Positions 62,103 through 64,000 of a DNA stretch of 64,000 nucleotides are shown one piece after another. Made by a program: the position numbers and the translations under genes. The stretch is from Podarcis bocagei. Its lineage: Eukaryota. How positions within the stretch are numbered: the stretch's first letter is position 1; each line of letters begins with the position of its first letter. The notes beneath the pieces were generated by a model. It ran no database searches, was not told the DNA's origin, and saw only the letters and a program-made list of their open reading frames with translations. The stretch lies in assembly GCA_964188305.1 (NCBI GenBank), contig OZ076890.1; one strand, 5' to 3'.

Positions 62103-64000
62103 AAATAATGATAATTTGTTAAAGAGGTTGGATATTGTTAAATTTATTAACTCCTAAATATACAGGCATTCTTTAGGGATTACTTCTGTTCTATTCTGTT
62201 TCTACTACTGTTAGTTGCCTTCTGGTTCCTTGGAGAAATAGGCAGGACAAAAAATTTAACACACACATGACCTGAACAAGAGTGGTCATAGGGTCACCTA
62301 TGTGTTGTCAACAAGCAGCCCTTTGATAAACCCATGAGGGGTAGTGCAGATTCTTGAACCAATGTCTGAGTGCTGCAATGGGTTATGAGAAATTACATCC
62401 GAGCCAACCTTCAAACTACCACAGGACAGGATGGAAGCTTATATCATCTGTCCTGGGTAAGGCCCATATCTTCCTCACAGATTCCCCTTGGCCCTATGGT
62501 GCTCTGTTGGCAGAAACAGCCAAGGAAGGGATACCTTTCTCTAGTTTTGGTTAGCAAACTGCTCCGACTACTTTTCTCAGATAAGGATTTAATCATGAAT
62601 TGTGCTATTTTCATCCTGATTTGGGAAGGTTTTAATTGGTTTGCTTTTGTGATTATTGCTCTTTTCATCAAGGTTGTTGATCACATCAGATATCATTCTG
62701 ATGTTAGCGAATAAGGTATATAAATTCAAAATAAGGAATCTAAATAAAATAACCCTCAAGAGTGGATTGTCTCCCTCTTACCCCTAGTTCTGGTGCTTAC
62801 ATTGGTTGATCAAAAGGGTGTACCAATATTCCTTAGGTTTTTCAATTAACAGGAAACAAATATGTTTCTCAGAAATAAGAAAAGGGGTGAGTTTTTCAAA
62901 TGCTAATTGAATGATTGTCATTTGATTGGGGTCACATCCACACCATATAATTAAAGTAATGGCTTCCCCGCAAGAATCCTGGTAACTATAATTTGCAGAG
63001 GGTAGTTAAACTATAAAACTTGCTATAATTTTAACTCCAATTAATTTCATTTTTGTTCCCTAATATTTCTGGTACTGAGTAAAATCTAAAAATCTAAACT
63101 TTAGTCAAAGTAAAAGATTAATAAATACAAAGAACACCATCAGGTATCTCTCTCTGTCTCTCAGACTCCCTTTAGCAAAAACAAGGATTTGCTTTTTCAA
63201 ATTGTTCTGCCAGTATTTGCCCTTTTCAGTATTATGGGACTTGTGTTGAGGATTGATATAGATATGTGTTATATTTTAGCCTATGGAAATTTACTCAGGT
63301 CATAGGGTTAGGCACAGTTTATCAAGAACAATGTATGCTTAAGGTTATGCTGACAGATGGTCACAATTTTTGATCTCCAATTGTGACATATTTTAATGAA
63401 CATTAAATTTGTAGTCACCGTGTGAGTCAGCAGGGACGTTTAGAAGCAATTTTAAACCAGCTGTCAGGTACCTGTTAATTAGTTTGAACAATCAAATGGC
63501 AAGATCTTTAAAATATATAACCTTTCCGCTTTTTCACAACAAAACTGACATTTTAAGGTCTGATTATGGGACCAAACTTACTGTAATAATTTCTAATTTA
63601 TTTTTATTATATTGAAGGCCACAGTGACTTTTTTCTTTCGTATATCCACAACATGAGGCAAGGCTACAATAACTGTAACACTGTTATGTAACCGAAAAAA
63701 TGCGTCCTACTGCCACCCCTCAATGTGTCTGTGTGGCATGAACCTCAGCAGTTATTTTGGCACCAATAGGAAAACAGAGAGCTGGGTGTGAGATTCAAGC
63801 TGTCTTTTTAAAGGCAGCAAATTGTACCTCCAGACATGTTCTTGGCCATTTACCAACATTTGCTGAATGTTGGGCTTTCCAGGTTTGAATTGGTTTTTCA
63901 TTTCTGCTTGGCTAATACTGTATAGCACTCCTTTTATATTGATCCTACAGTAGCAAGGGCAGAATTGTTTGGCTAGGAATATATACTAATCTGTAAAAGT

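Noticed and set aside
60581-64000. DMD exon 15 here (and exon 35 in 1-4965)
   Set aside because: No matching peptides found; these exons presumably lie outside the window.
1-64000. CRISPR arrays, tRNA/rRNA genes, prokaryotic systems
   Set aside because: Vertebrate intron-exon DNA; tRNA-like B boxes belong to SINE heads, and there are no repeat-spacer arrays.

Overview
Eukaryotic genomic DNA, most likely from a squamate (lizard), inferred from its Sauria SINE, Bov-B, L2 and CR1 repeats. The window lies entirely inside the dystrophin gene (DMD) on the minus strand. It holds 19 consecutive rod-domain exons equivalent to human exons 16-34 (60580 down to 4966). All have canonical AG/GT boundaries and splice into an uninterrupted 3033-nt (1011-codon) frame that includes proline-rich hinge 2. 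Exons 15 and 35 were not found. The main feature missed by the ORF track is a 39-nt alternative first coding exon in intron 29 (14995-14957, MAGKKRRNLSYKK), 91 nt upstream of exon 30. It matches the retinal Dp260 isoform start and has an upstream TATA box and CRX/OTX-type motifs. The introns carry many transposons, including several hAT elements with perfect 8-bp target-site duplications. One is a 1.4-kb hAT with CpG-island-like cargo that may be captured host DNA. Also present are DIRS remnants, a Tc1/mariner MITE, SINE and LINE 3' ends, and several candidate conserved non-coding elements. Exon numbering and all comparisons with human DMD come from recalled knowledge, not from an alignment run here.
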